Shown here: in pieces, positions 1 through 10,819 of the stretch | Layout of the letters: every line of letters starts with the position of its first letter | Numbering within the stretch: the first letter of the stretch is position 1 | NCBI GenBank assembly: GCA_028023455.1 | Contig: JAQFVV010000004.1 | Coordinates: 19,592,001 to 19,655,561, forward strand | DNA from: Epiperipatus broadwayi | Taxonomy: Eukaryota > Animalia > Onychophora | Direction of reading: 5' to 3' | Length of the DNA stretch: 63,561 nucleotides | The notes under the pieces: model-generated | What the model saw: the letters and a program-made list of their open reading frames with translations, nothing else | Told to the model about the DNA's origin: nothing | Database searches by the model: none | Program-made: the position numbers and the translations under genes

Positions 1-429
1 TGCATATACTAATCTGTGTGCTATTATTAACAGTTGAATGTATTTGGAATTTTTAAATAAAATTAATTTTTTTAAAGACCTTCAATGCCCATACTAGATC
101 AGAGAAATAGTTCAACATATAAATACAAATATAATTTCTATCGTTTTCTCAACTTATGAACATTATATACACAATGGAAAAATTCTCTCCTCATTTTTTG
201 TTTTGCATTTGTTTCAAAGATACTGCAGGCCTGAATCTTCCTTATCATCTTCTTTTGGCTGCTCTGTCCTATTATTTTCTTCATTTTATACCTTTACTGA
301 TGCATTTAGATCATCATTCTTTTTCATTGCAGAGGAACACAGTTATTATTACCAATTTCTATTTAAATTTATTTCAGCTTATAACTTTATAAATGGTTTA
401 TATGTCTGTAAACTTCATTAATATCAGAC

Positions 430-1700
430 ATCTTTATCACTCTTAACTGCTTCAAAAATAATTTCAACATGATTCCTGTTCAGCTCTGTTTTAATCAAAT
501 CATGTGTCAAATTTATTTTCCTAACTGAATTTCATTACTATAATTTTATTGTTTATATATTTTTATTATTCTTGGGACCAACAATGGTCCATGGATCTGT
601 AGTTTGTGACCCATTAATGTTTCTGCAGGAGCAGCTTGGGATAGAATGTTAATAAAACATTGTGGCTATTATCAATGCATAAGTATCTTTAGTGATTTTT
701 ATGAAAAGTTCAGCTAATATATTGCTTTTTGGCAAATCCATTTGATTCAAGGTGATACAAAGGTATCAAAATATGATGTATCCCTTATTTTGTAAATTTT
801 TTAAAAAAATATTATGGTGGAAGGATAGTTTTATCATCTGAAATTAATGTTTTAAGATAATCATGATTATTGTGATGTAAGGATAGTTTTGTTATCTGAA
901 GTTAATATTTTTGCAATAATCATGGCTTGCAAATAGTTTGTTAAATACTTTTATATTATCCAGAGCATTGGTGATTTTCATGACATGATATTATATCTAC
1001 CTAACATTGTGGATTATTACAAAATCAATACCCCCCATGCATTCATGTAATGTGGAGCTGGTAATATTGCAGTACTTTGTTATCAAAAAGATATGGCTTT
1101 TAATCTATTGCCAAGATTTTTAACAGCATGAGATATAATGCAAATCTTTTGGCAGTAATCCAGTCAATAATTGACAAGATGTGCAGTGCTTAATTTCTTC
1201 ATCAATATTATTGCACATAGCTTGTTGCCACATATGATTTTGGCAGTACTTTGGCTTTTAAGGCCAAGAGAACCAAGATGTTCTTTGATATTCTTTAAGT
1301 CTTGTACCTGAAGTTTGTATCAATACTCAGGAAATTATCCAAAATATATTCTTAGTACATTGATAAACTATCATGAATATTCCAAATCTGTTGTACCATA
1401 TGGGGCCACCTAACTAAGTCAGAAGTGAGACCATCTTTTATTAATTCATCTGTCATTATTTCATTTATTCACTAGTTGACAAGCAGTATTCTCATCTGAC
1501 CACTTTGTTGTAGGACAGATTCCATTATGTCTATATAATTTATATCTGCTGTAAGTTTCCTATCCTTGCAATTGTCCAGGACTCTTAAACAATGCATCAG
1601 CATAATTGATATTTTTTTTTTTGGTTTTATAAATGAACTCAAAATCATATGAAGCAAATATATTCATCCATCTGAGCATTCATTGGCTTAAGATTTAATC
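430..1700 (-). pseudogene. Decayed Ty3/Gypsy-like LTR retrotransposon pol remnant (integrase region)
   Basis: Manual minus-strand translation gives FKKFTK*GIHHILIPLYHLESNGFAKKQ at ~724-805 (integrase motif F..F....GI.H....PYHPQSNG.AE), APAETLMG at ~611-635 (cf. SPAELL.G), SWQ*IKSH (cf. PWQRIHID) and HLG upstream. Many stops and frameshifts. Boundaries approximate; no LTRs seen. Confidence 0.6.
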
Positions 1701-2092
1701 AGATGTTTGCTTTAGATTTGCTAACATTTCTAATAGAGACCTATAATCTATGTACATCTTAAAAGTACATGCGTACATATATTAGTGAAACTGTTTGACT
1801 GAATATCCAATAGACAGAGATTTCTTATCTAGGTGTTTGTAATTCCTTTCAGCTGTAATGTTCTACATACATATGCAATTCTGCATTCATAACATACATA
1901 TTCAGAAGTATCACTTATTATACAATTCTTATGCTAGAAAATAATAGAGAACAGCTGATATTTTGTAGATAAATAATAATAATAATATGTATATAATTTT
2001 AATGTGCAAATACGCGCACAACAACCGAGCTTCATCAGGATTAAATAACAATATATTATAAACTCAAAATAATTATAAAATCTAAAGAATAA

Positions 2093-2137
2093 TGCCCGAG
2101 CACTTTCAAGAGAACTTAGCTCTCATAATCATGGGCA
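2093..2137 (-). ncRNA. Mirror copy of the PLE hammerhead (stem III GTGC)
   Basis: Reverse complement of 3355-3399 with one CpG-type change (GCGC to GTGC); same ATGATTA core. Confidence 0.55.
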
Positions 2138-2217
2138 ACAAAGAATAAGCATAGCGTGTTGGTATATGCTAAAATATGCTGATATATGTAAATTAGTTGA
2201 AAATAAATGCGTCAGCT

Positions 2218-2823
2218 CTAAATGATCCATTTCTTAGAGATTTTGTAACACGCATCTTTCCTATGCATAGCCTTATCATCAATAGCAATAAAACATGCTT
2301 CTTTAACTTTTCTCTTAATGTCATTTCTCTCCCTGCAAACTATTCTTGCATTTTTAGGTTCACATGCATGACCAGCTGATTTCTGATGTATTGCAAATAT
2401 TGAGTTGCAATTTGGGTCTACTTGGGCCTTATTGTAAGAATATCTGTGCTGGGATAGTCTTGTAGAAAGAGTTGCTTTCGTTTCCCCATAGTATGATGCC
2501 ATGCAGTTATTTTCTGGACATGAAATATTATATACGGCCTGAGAGGTGTTGTTGGGTGTTATAATGTCTTTGGTGTTATTAATAATTCTATTTGTATTAG
2601 GGGGTGTATGAAAGCTTAGTTGAAATTCTTTATTAAACACTGAGTAAAATTTTCTATGGGTAGTTGCAATATATGGTAACAAAATTCTATTTTTCTGCTG
2701 CTTAATAACATTGCTGTTTAATTTACTGTAAAATTGTCTAATCTTCCTATCAATTGTGTAATGCTTGAAGCCGAAATCTAATAAATCGTTTCTATATAAG
2801 ATTAAGTTTGCTCTTTTGTCCGA
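2218..2823 (-). pseudogene. PLE GIY-YIG endonuclease C-terminal fragment, open frame of 202 codons including the stop (no start; 5'-truncated)
   Basis: ORF-track protein contains VYNISCPENNCMASYYGETKATLSTRLSQH...HQKSAGH...KVKEACFI, the PLE-type GIY-YIG signature. The frame stays open through the spacer (SDKRANLILYRNDLLDFGFKHYTIDRKIR...ILLPYI). Confidence 0.85.
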
Positions 2824-3274
2824 TGCAACTACCCATAGAAAATTTTACTCAGTGTTTAATAAAGAATTTCAACTAAGCTTTCATACACCCCCTAATACAA
2901 ATAGAATTATTAATAACACCAAAGACATTATAACACCCAACAACACCTCTCAGGCCGTATATAATATTTCATGTCCAGAAAATAACTGCATGGCATCATA
3001 GTATGGGGAAACGAAAGCAACTCTTTCTACAAGACTATCCCAGCACAGATATTCTTACAATAAGGCCCAAGTAGACCCAAATTGCAACTCAATATTTGCA
3101 ATACATCAGAAATCAGCTGGTCATGCATGTGAACCTAAAAATGCAAGAATAGTTTGCAGGGAGAGAAATGACATTAAGAGAAAAGTTAAAGAAGCATGTT
3201 TTATTGCTATTGATGATAAGGCTATGAATAGGAAAGATGCGTGTTACAAAATCTCTAAGAAATGGATCATTTAG
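2824..3274 (+). pseudogene. Second, inverted copy of the PLE GIY-YIG fragment with a premature stop
   Basis: Reverse complement of 2218-2668. TAC (Tyr) has become TAG at 2999-3001; natural stop TAG at 3272-3274. Confidence 0.85.
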
Positions 3275-3354
3275 AGCTGACGCATTTATTTTCAACTAAT
3301 TTACATATATCAGCATATTTTAGCATATACCAACACGCTATGCTTATTCTTTGT

Positions 3355-3399
3355 TGCCCATGATTATGAGAGCTAAGTTCTCTTGAAAGCGCTCGGGCA
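3355..3399 (+). ncRNA. Minimal type I hammerhead ribozyme in PLE 3' UTR, variant core
   Basis: TGCCC-ATGATTA-T-GAGAG ctaagtt CTCTT-GAAA-GCGC-TC-GGGCA: stem I TGCCC/GGGCA, 5-bp stem II, GAAA, palindromic stem III GCGC, UC cleavage triplet end. Core is ATGATTA instead of CTGATGA. Confidence 0.65.
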
Positions 3400-4521
3400 T
3401 TATCCTTTAGATTTTATAATTATTTTGAGTTTATAATATATTGTTATTTAATCTTGATGAAGCTCGGTTGTTGTGCGCGTATTTGCGCATTAAAATTATA
3501 TACATGTATAATAAGCACCTGAGTTTAATAATTTCTTTTTACAATAATAATAATAATAATAATAGCAGCAGCAGCAACAAATTATATTCAGTTAATGTAA
3601 CAAAGTTACAATATTCAAAGCATTTTATCAAAGGATAAAACAAAGAGCAACGTTGTAAATATTAACATATCACTTTTTTTAGAGCTTTAAAAAAAGCAAA
3701 AAACAACAACAAACATTTTGAATAATAGAATATTTAGTTTCTCAGGAAGTTATCAAATTTGAGCTTCAATCCAGGAAACTCTAATTAGCCTTCGACTCTG
3801 TCATTCTCCTTTTTGTAAAAACTGAACCAAGTATTTAATTTATTCTTTTAGCACAATTTTATAATTGCTAAAATAACGATCTATTATATTTAATTCTAAA
3901 GTAAATCAGGTAAAATATATTGTTTCATAAATATAATAAACATCAGAATATATGTGTGACTTAAGAGCTAAAATCAAGAGTCTAAGATAATTATATATTA
4001 GTTGTTGTTTATTACATTTCTCGCACCATCCTGTATTCTTTTTATTACCAATATTTTTCAGTTACAAATTATCTCCTCTCCTCCCGTTTGTCACCTCTTG
4101 TAAATTGGAATAATTCATGAACGATAGATTATGATGCATATTAAATTCTTATTCAATACAGTTCAATTTATATTCTTAGAGATTAATTCCTATATACAGT
4201 CCATCTTATATACTTGTCTTCATAAAATATATATTTTGTAACTGTTTTATGAATAAATAATTTCTTGTTTGAAAATTTAAACATTATATTACCATGCTTT
4301 TTGATTTTTTTCTGTTCAATTTTATTATAATTTCTGTTAGTGCTTTAATTTTGTACATTGAAGTACAATGAATTATCCTTTAATGTTATTTGAATAAATT
4401 AATGGGAAAATGACTGAAAAATTTATGGTGAGAAGATTGAAGAATGTCCAATAAAGTTTAAGGAATTGTTATCTAATATACTGATTATATATATATGTGT
4501 GTGGAGAGATTATGATCTGGT

Positions 4522-4563
4522 CCAACTAATGAGTGCTGTTTCTGCATGAAATACATATATTGG
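4522..4563 (+). ncRNA. Family R hammerhead, degenerate (core CTAATGA)
   Basis: CCAA-CTAATGA-GTGCTG ttt CTGCAT-GAAA-TACATA-TA-TTGG; G5 mutated. Confidence 0.55.
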
Positions 4564-4991
4564 GGATCATCTATCTTTTCCACATATATGTGGTCATGTG
4601 TATCAGTTGTTTAAAATGGAATGGAGTATAAATATCCCTCTATTTACTTATATAAGAAACATTCAGTATATTGAATGAAGAGGCTAATTGCATATTGCCT
4701 TGGGAATACATTATGTCTATAAGTTCAGACCATTTCTCTCCTGTTAATATATAGATAAGTAATGATGTAATAATATGAGGGGTTAGATTGACAATGTCTA
4801 CATGGGTTTGACTACTATATCAAATCCACCAAAGGTTTGAGCATTCCATCATTGGTGTTTTAATGAAATGGATGGTTAAATAGATAAAAGGGTGAGAAGA
4901 TCGAAGCCTGTCCATTAAAGTTTAAGGAATTGTTATCTTAGTATAAGCTGAGCACTGATTACAATATCTGTGTGGGAGATTCTGATCTGAC

Positions 4992-5033
4992 ACAACGAAT
5001 GAGTTTTGGTTCTGCATAAAATATTTATATTGG
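4992..5033 (+). ncRNA. Family R hammerhead, heavily degenerate
   Basis: ACAA-CGAATGA-GTTTTG gtt CTGCAT-AAAA-TATTTA-TA-TTGG; recognisable only by homology to other copies. Confidence 0.4.
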
Positions 5034-6250
5034 GGATCATTTATCTTTTATACATGTAAGTGATCATGTGTGTTGATTGTTTGAGACGGAATGGAGGATA
5101 AATATAGACTGAAATATCCTAAGTTCAAATCCCTCTATTTATTTAAATTAAACTTTAATAATAATAGAGCAAAATGTTCACATCTTATTTAGGGTAGCAA
5201 ATTGTTTTGAGAGGATAATTGTATAAAAAGAAGACACATTTTAACTATTGAAAATAGAGAGGAGTAAGAATTTTCTATTTTTCATAAAGAGATCATCTGA
5301 CATCCATTGTAATTAATGTATCTCTCAGGCTCTCTCACACAAAAATATGTAACTAATCTGGAAGATTATATTGATTATTTGTATAATATAAAAAATGAAT
5401 AAATATATTCCAAGAGCTCTTGCATATGAAATAAAACCGGAAATCAAAAACCTAATACAACACTACTACTAGAAGATAAAATGGACATTTCTTTATCTAC
5501 TAATTACTTTTATGTAACTTACAATAAAATATACAGACATGATAGGAAAATTATTAAATTAATTTACTAATGAAAATTATTTGTATGACCATTATATTAC
5601 TCTTCATCTACCAATGATCTCTACAGATACAAAATACTGGAATAACCTTTAGATATAAAAGCCAACTATAAATAACAAATAAATAGAACAGTACAAGAGT
5701 ATCTATTGCTTTGTTACAGGATAGGTTCTTGGTTTATCACTGACTAAGTACTGTTTTGGATACACTCTTTTCTTTCTCCTTTTCCTTTTTAAATTACTTA
5801 AATTACTACAGGGATCAGTCATTGTTAGACTCTCTTAGCATAGGAGATCTCCCTATATTAACTTTGGCAATAGAATCATGTGTTGTCCAAACACATTTCT
5901 ATCGTTTAACAATATGCATATTTTAATTCTCTTTTTTGTTTCTTTTTTACCTCAAGCTTTCAAGAATTGAAAATGTAATTACAGGAATAGGCTTACTAAG
6001 TGGGCAGTCCTTAGTTGTGATTTTTTCTCTAGGTAGGACAATCACTAGTGAGTCAGTTTGAAACTGGATTTATATGAGACAGAAGTTTGAACCAACAAAC
6101 ATTGTTTGTTTAAGCACCTCTTTTTTAGGATCCCTCTACCTTCCATAGAAATAGAAGGGCCTAGAAAACCAACTCTGAAAATGGTGGCTTCTACAATCTG
6201 GCTAGATTGTAATAACAGGTAGATTATGCATTACAGTGATAGAAATAATA

Positions 6251-6408
6251 AAAGGGGGTTTGAATCCACATTTTCAAACTCCCTTTAGTCATCTGCTCCA
6301 TCTTATACAACTGATACACACAACCACATACATACATGTGGTCATGTGTATCGGTTGTATATGATAAAGTAGATGACTAAAGGGAGCTTGAAAGTTCAAA
6401 TCTCCTTT
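6251..6408. repeat. Mini fold-back made of family R 3'-terminal sequence
   Basis: ttcaaactccctttagtcatct...ttatacaactgatacac pairs with gtgtatcggttgtata...agatgactaaagggagcttgaa. Sequence matches the segment downstream of the HHR in family R (gtggtcatgtgtatcagttgtataagatgga). Confidence 0.75.
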
Positions 6409-7624
6409 AATTACATCTAGTTTAAAGTATATATGCTATACTTGTATTTAAATGATATAAATAATAATAACTGTAGTAGTGGTAAAGCAGACGGAAGTGG
6501 TAGTGATAAAGGTAAGTATTATATATCTAATTTTTTTCAAAAATCCACACTGAAAGTGAAAACTTTATTTGATATAAACTCTTCAAGACCAGAATGGAGG
6601 ATTGCACTGATAGCTAAAGAACTGTCAAGATTAAATACTTATATTGTTGCTCATAGTAAAGCTTATTTCCCAAAGGAAGCAAATTAAATGGAAAGGTGGA
6701 TGGTTACAAATTTAGATCAAGTGAAAGGAAAATGCCTGTCATTGGATTTGCTGTAAAGTCTAATTTAGTATCTTCTATTGTTGGAATTTCTTTGGAAAAT
6801 TAATCTTGTACAACAATGCCACTAGTGTTCATTTTGATAATACCTATACTTCAATCTTAGATTCTGAGAAAGAAATCTTTCATTTCTTGTTGGATAAACA
6901 TTATTACAGCACAATCATTAAAGGTTTATTTTTTATCCTTATTGAAGGCTTTACTGGAAGTGTTGTTATAAGTAGTACACCCTGATCAATAGTTATTGAA
7001 AATAATGGTAATTATTGACTATTACAGACACTTGTTTATGCAGAAAAACTGCTATATAGAACATGAATGCATCCTATTTAAAATAATGGAATTTAATTTA
7101 TTACATTATAGTTAGACATCAGAATGCAATATTATTATTATGCGAGTACTTACAAGTGCGTATTTTGGGACAGTCATAGATTAATATTGTCTAAAATTAA
7201 AATAGTAGTTACATTAAAAATTAGATATTATTCCACATATGTTCACAAGAAAATTTAAGTTCATTATTTGAAAGAATCTACTATAAGTAATAAAATTCAA
7301 CCGCTATTAAATACTAAAATTGTAATTTGGATCATCAGAACTGCTGAATTATGGAATTTTTTTAAGGAATGTGTTATAGATGAAGCAAATTCATTCTTGG
7401 GTTCACTTAAAAAGAAGAATATAACTGATCTTTGACATTTATCTTACTATTACTAATTTGATTAAAAGGAAACATATAGCATTTTATATTTGGCAGAATG
7501 ATAAATTAAATGTGGAACTTCATAATAAATATAATAGTCTATAAGACAGAGGTTCTATGATTGACAGGAAGACCTAAAAATGATTGATAAATTTTGAAAA
7601 TGATTAGTAATAATCATTATTGTA

Positions 7625-7830
7625 TTTATCTGAGATGGATGGTAGCAAAGTTGTGAGTGGAGGAAGTTTGACAATGGTAAATGAAAATGTAATAATTTAC
7701 TCTAGATAAATACTCTTCATATAATAAAGATATATGTGAGAGATAGTGTCCTGGACTAACTGATGAGTGCTGGTTCAGCATGAAATGCATCTTGGAAGTT
7801 ATTTGTCTCTTATTATATCTTTATTTATGT
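7625..7830 (+). mobile_element. Family R fragment nested in the RTE LINE
   Basis: gatggatggt..tatatgtgagagatagtgtcctggactaactgatgagtgctggttcagcatgaaatgcatcttgg is homologous to other family R copies. Confidence 0.75.
7756..7795 (+). ncRNA. Family R hammerhead, intact core
   Basis: CTAA-CTGATGA-GTGCTG gtt CAGCAT-GAAA-TGCA-TC-TTGG. Full 6-bp stem II, palindromic stem III ATGCAT, UC cleavage site. Confidence 0.85.
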
Positions 7831-9356
7831 GAATTTAAAAAAAATGGGGAAGTATGGAGATTGTTTAATATATCATAAATCAATACTACAAAAAATATAA
7901 AAATTCGCTGATCAAGATCATTCTAGATTTTTTTTGATGCATTGAAAATAATATATGGAATACCTGGAGATGTTTGAAAATATGGTGGTGATATGTTAAT
8001 TTCAAAAATATTGCAATTTTTTTAAGAAATTTATGAACCTATGAAGTTGGGCCACCTGATATGAAGGATACTTTTATTGTTCCAATTTTTAAAAACAAAA
8101 AATAAATAAATAAATGAGAAGATTACTATAAATATCATGGAATCCCATTATTGTATACTACAGTGAAGATACTTTCTAGGACTTTGTTGAATAGGTGGAT
8201 TCCAACCATGGATCTATAGTTACAAAAGACTTAATATGGTTTTACAAAATCAAAAAGCACTAAACACTTTGGTTTTGTTGCCAGGCACATGCAAAAAAGT
8301 ATTTGAAATGAATGAATGTTTTATACATTGTTTTATTGTTACATGAATGCATTTGATTCATTTAATAGAACAAGTATATGGCATTGTTTGAAATTATTTG
8401 CTTGTTTACCAAACTTTTTTCATATTATACATCTACATAATGGAATGAAATGTAGTGTTATTATTACAGATAAAAAATCTGAGGCATTTGAAATGAAAAC
8501 TGGTATTAAAAAAGAAGATATAATTGCTTCAACATTGTTTTCAATTTTTCAGGCAGCTTAATGAAATCAAGGATCAAGATTCAATACTAATTTGATGGTG
8601 GATTTTAAAATTTTGACTTGATTAAAAACCAAAACAAAAACTTTATCTTCTTGGATTCTGGATTTACAATATGCTGATGATTGTGCTAGTTTTGTCAATT
8701 TAAAAGAAAATTTTATTGAATGTGTATAAAAACTTTGTTTATTAATTAATGTTCAAAAAACTCATTGATAGAATAAAAATTTCCAGCAGCCTTTAGCTTG
8801 GATGGTTATCAATTTGAGAATGTAAACCAGTTTAAATATATTGATAGTCCTTTTAAGTAGAAAGTACTTTAGATGTTGAAGTACAATACAAGTTCCAATG
8901 TGCTATTTCTCCTTTTAACCATCGAATTAAAAAATGGAGTATTTCTTCACAGAGAAATAACCATGACAACTAAGCTTGTTGTATATAGAGCTGATCTTTT
9001 ATTTAATTTATTGCATGGAGAGACCTAAATACCTTATCAGTGCAATAAAAAGATATTAGAGAAATTTCATTTGATAATTATCAAATTTTAATAATAGAAT
9101 GGAAGATCATAAATCCAATCAATATGTTCTTTCTGGGTGTACAATAGAGTCTATTATTGTAAAATCACACCTTCATTTGACAGGGGACATTTAAAATATA
9201 TCAATAATGCAAGATTTCCTAAATGGGTGCTATGGTAAACTTGAGCTTGGTTTTTGTGCATAAGGTAGACTTCAATTACATTATAAGGATTATCTCAAAG
9301 ACATTCTAAAGAAATGCAATGCCATTTGTTCTATTAGAAAGATATAACAGAGAATA

Positions 9357-9558
9357 GAAAGTGCTGGATTTGTCCTGGTATTTTCAATATAATGCTTTAA
9401 TATCCTAACATCTCACTGATGAAGCCAGTAGCAGAAACTGGTCTGGGGTTGGGGATATTTTCAAAGCTTGTTAAGAGCTTATTTTGCGAGCTCTATATAT
9501 AACATTTGTAAATACAAGCTTATTAAATGAGGTTATGTGACATCTGACTTGATTTTTT
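9357..9558 (+). mobile_element. 202-bp HHR-bearing insertion in the RTE LINE, with 14-bp TSD
   Basis: Flanked by TATAACAGAGAATA at 9343-9356 and 9559-9572; RTE-like coding sequence resumes after the second copy. Its 3' part (aagcttgtt..gagct..atgtgacatctgacttg) recurs at ~58722-58805. Confidence 0.75.
9411..9448 (+). ncRNA. Family 3 minimal type I hammerhead, intact core
   Basis: TCTCA-CTGATGA-A GC cagta GC A-GAAA-CTGG-TC-TGGGG. Stem I can extend (aatatcct/gggatatt); stem III is one change from the palindrome ACTAGT. Confidence 0.7.
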
Positions 9559-10819
9559 TATAACAGAGAATATAATATATCAAAGAGTTATATTTAGATA
9601 TGGCAGTAAAATATTTCAGAAAAAAAGTATTCTGCTGAAAAAAAAAAGAAAGACAACAATGTAAAACATCAAGGAAACATAAAAATGGACCAGATGTTCT
9701 ATATGTGAACATATTTGTGGTTGATTCAGAGATTGGTTTGTATCATCACTCAAAATTCATTTTTCCAAAGCAGTTTTTTTTTTGAGTTAGAATTGTCTGT
9801 ACTCATTTCTGAGCAGTTTATTATTATATTATTTTTCCTTCATGTTATTATATGAAATATTATATAGATGTTTGTATATGAATATATGGATTTTTTTTAA
9901 TGTGCTCTTTTCAAACATAGGTTGGATAATTAGACAATAAGTTGCTATAATTAGGCAAAAATATTTGATTCTCATCAAAAATAGCATGTTATTACTTATC
10001 TGTTTCTTAATATAATTCATTCTACTGTCTCAAGTCTGCTTTATACAATAATAACATTTTATTAGATCATTTTATAAATCCATTTGTTTTAAATTTTATT
10101 TAAGTTTAATTCTTTTAAATTTATTATTTTAATAAATATATTTTAAATATGTGCAATTGTATGATAGTATAAAAGTTTGTTTTATTTCTATTCTAAAATA
10201 TTAGTTATTTCCCCATTATTTGCTATTATGAAGCAACCAAAAGCAATGTGTAAGGACTCATTGGTCTTAGAAACCATTTACCTGTCAGTTATTAAATTAG
10301 AAGATAGTAATAAATAAATTGTTTATAATTTAACCCACTAAGTATTAATAGATTATTTTGATTACTAATCATAAATTGTTCGTATCAAATTTAAACTTTA
10401 GTACACTTCTAAGAAACCAGACAAGTTGGGGTACTCAGTTTTGTATTTTAATAATTTTGTTTATTTAAAAAAATCATTTCAATAACTAAAAGCATTTTTT
10501 TGTTATGAAATGTCTTTTTATTTATTATGATTTCGTATAAATATTTTCTTGATTTAAATCTTATGAAGAGTATTTTAAATTAAAGGTTTTATTGCATTGT
10601 GAATAATTTATTTATTGATGTAAAAAATATTCATAATCATTTAGGGAATTTTTTTTGGAACATTATATAATTCATTTTCAAGAATCAAAAGTTATTAATA
10701 CAAAGTGTGATAATTTCATAAATATAATTATTGCAATTTACTGCACAATTTATAAATAAATATACAATTGTGCATTAAGAAATATCCAAAATGCATATGT
10801 AATAATAATATGTAATAAT

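Larger units (their letters stand above)
1987..3540. mobile_element. Penelope-like element (PLE), 5'-truncated fold-back insertion
   Basis: Near-identical 682-bp inverted arms 1987-2668 and 2824-3505 around a 155-bp spacer. Both arms encode a GIY-YIG C-terminus with 3' ends pointing outward. A ~35-nt unpaired tail (3506-3540) is present on the + copy only. Both flanks are (AAT)n. Confidence 0.9.
4395..5150 (+). mobile_element. Family R (retrozyme-like) array, ~1.6 monomers, old copy
   Basis: Two homologous blocks (gaagattgaag..tgtccattaaagttt..ctggtccaactaatgagtgc..gcatgaaata..tattggggatcat) with HHR motifs at 4522 and 4992, giving a period of 470 bp. Confidence 0.8.
6540..9770 (+). mobile_element. 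Decayed near full-length RTE-clade LINE (APE + RT + C-terminal C2H2-like motif)
   Basis: TLKVKTLFDINSSRPEWRIALIAKELSRLN (RTE APE N-terminus, cf. RPERRTALVAKELARYN); FWDSHRLILSK; DMKDTFIVPIFK; YHGIPLLYTTVKILSRTLLNR; FDSFNRTSIW...TGIKKEDIIASTLFSIF; LDLQYADDCA at ~8660-8687; HYKDYLKDILKK; CSICEHIC..SEIGLYHH at ~9697-9760. Numerous stops and frameshifts; interrupted at ~7625-7830 and 9357-9558. Confidence 0.9.
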
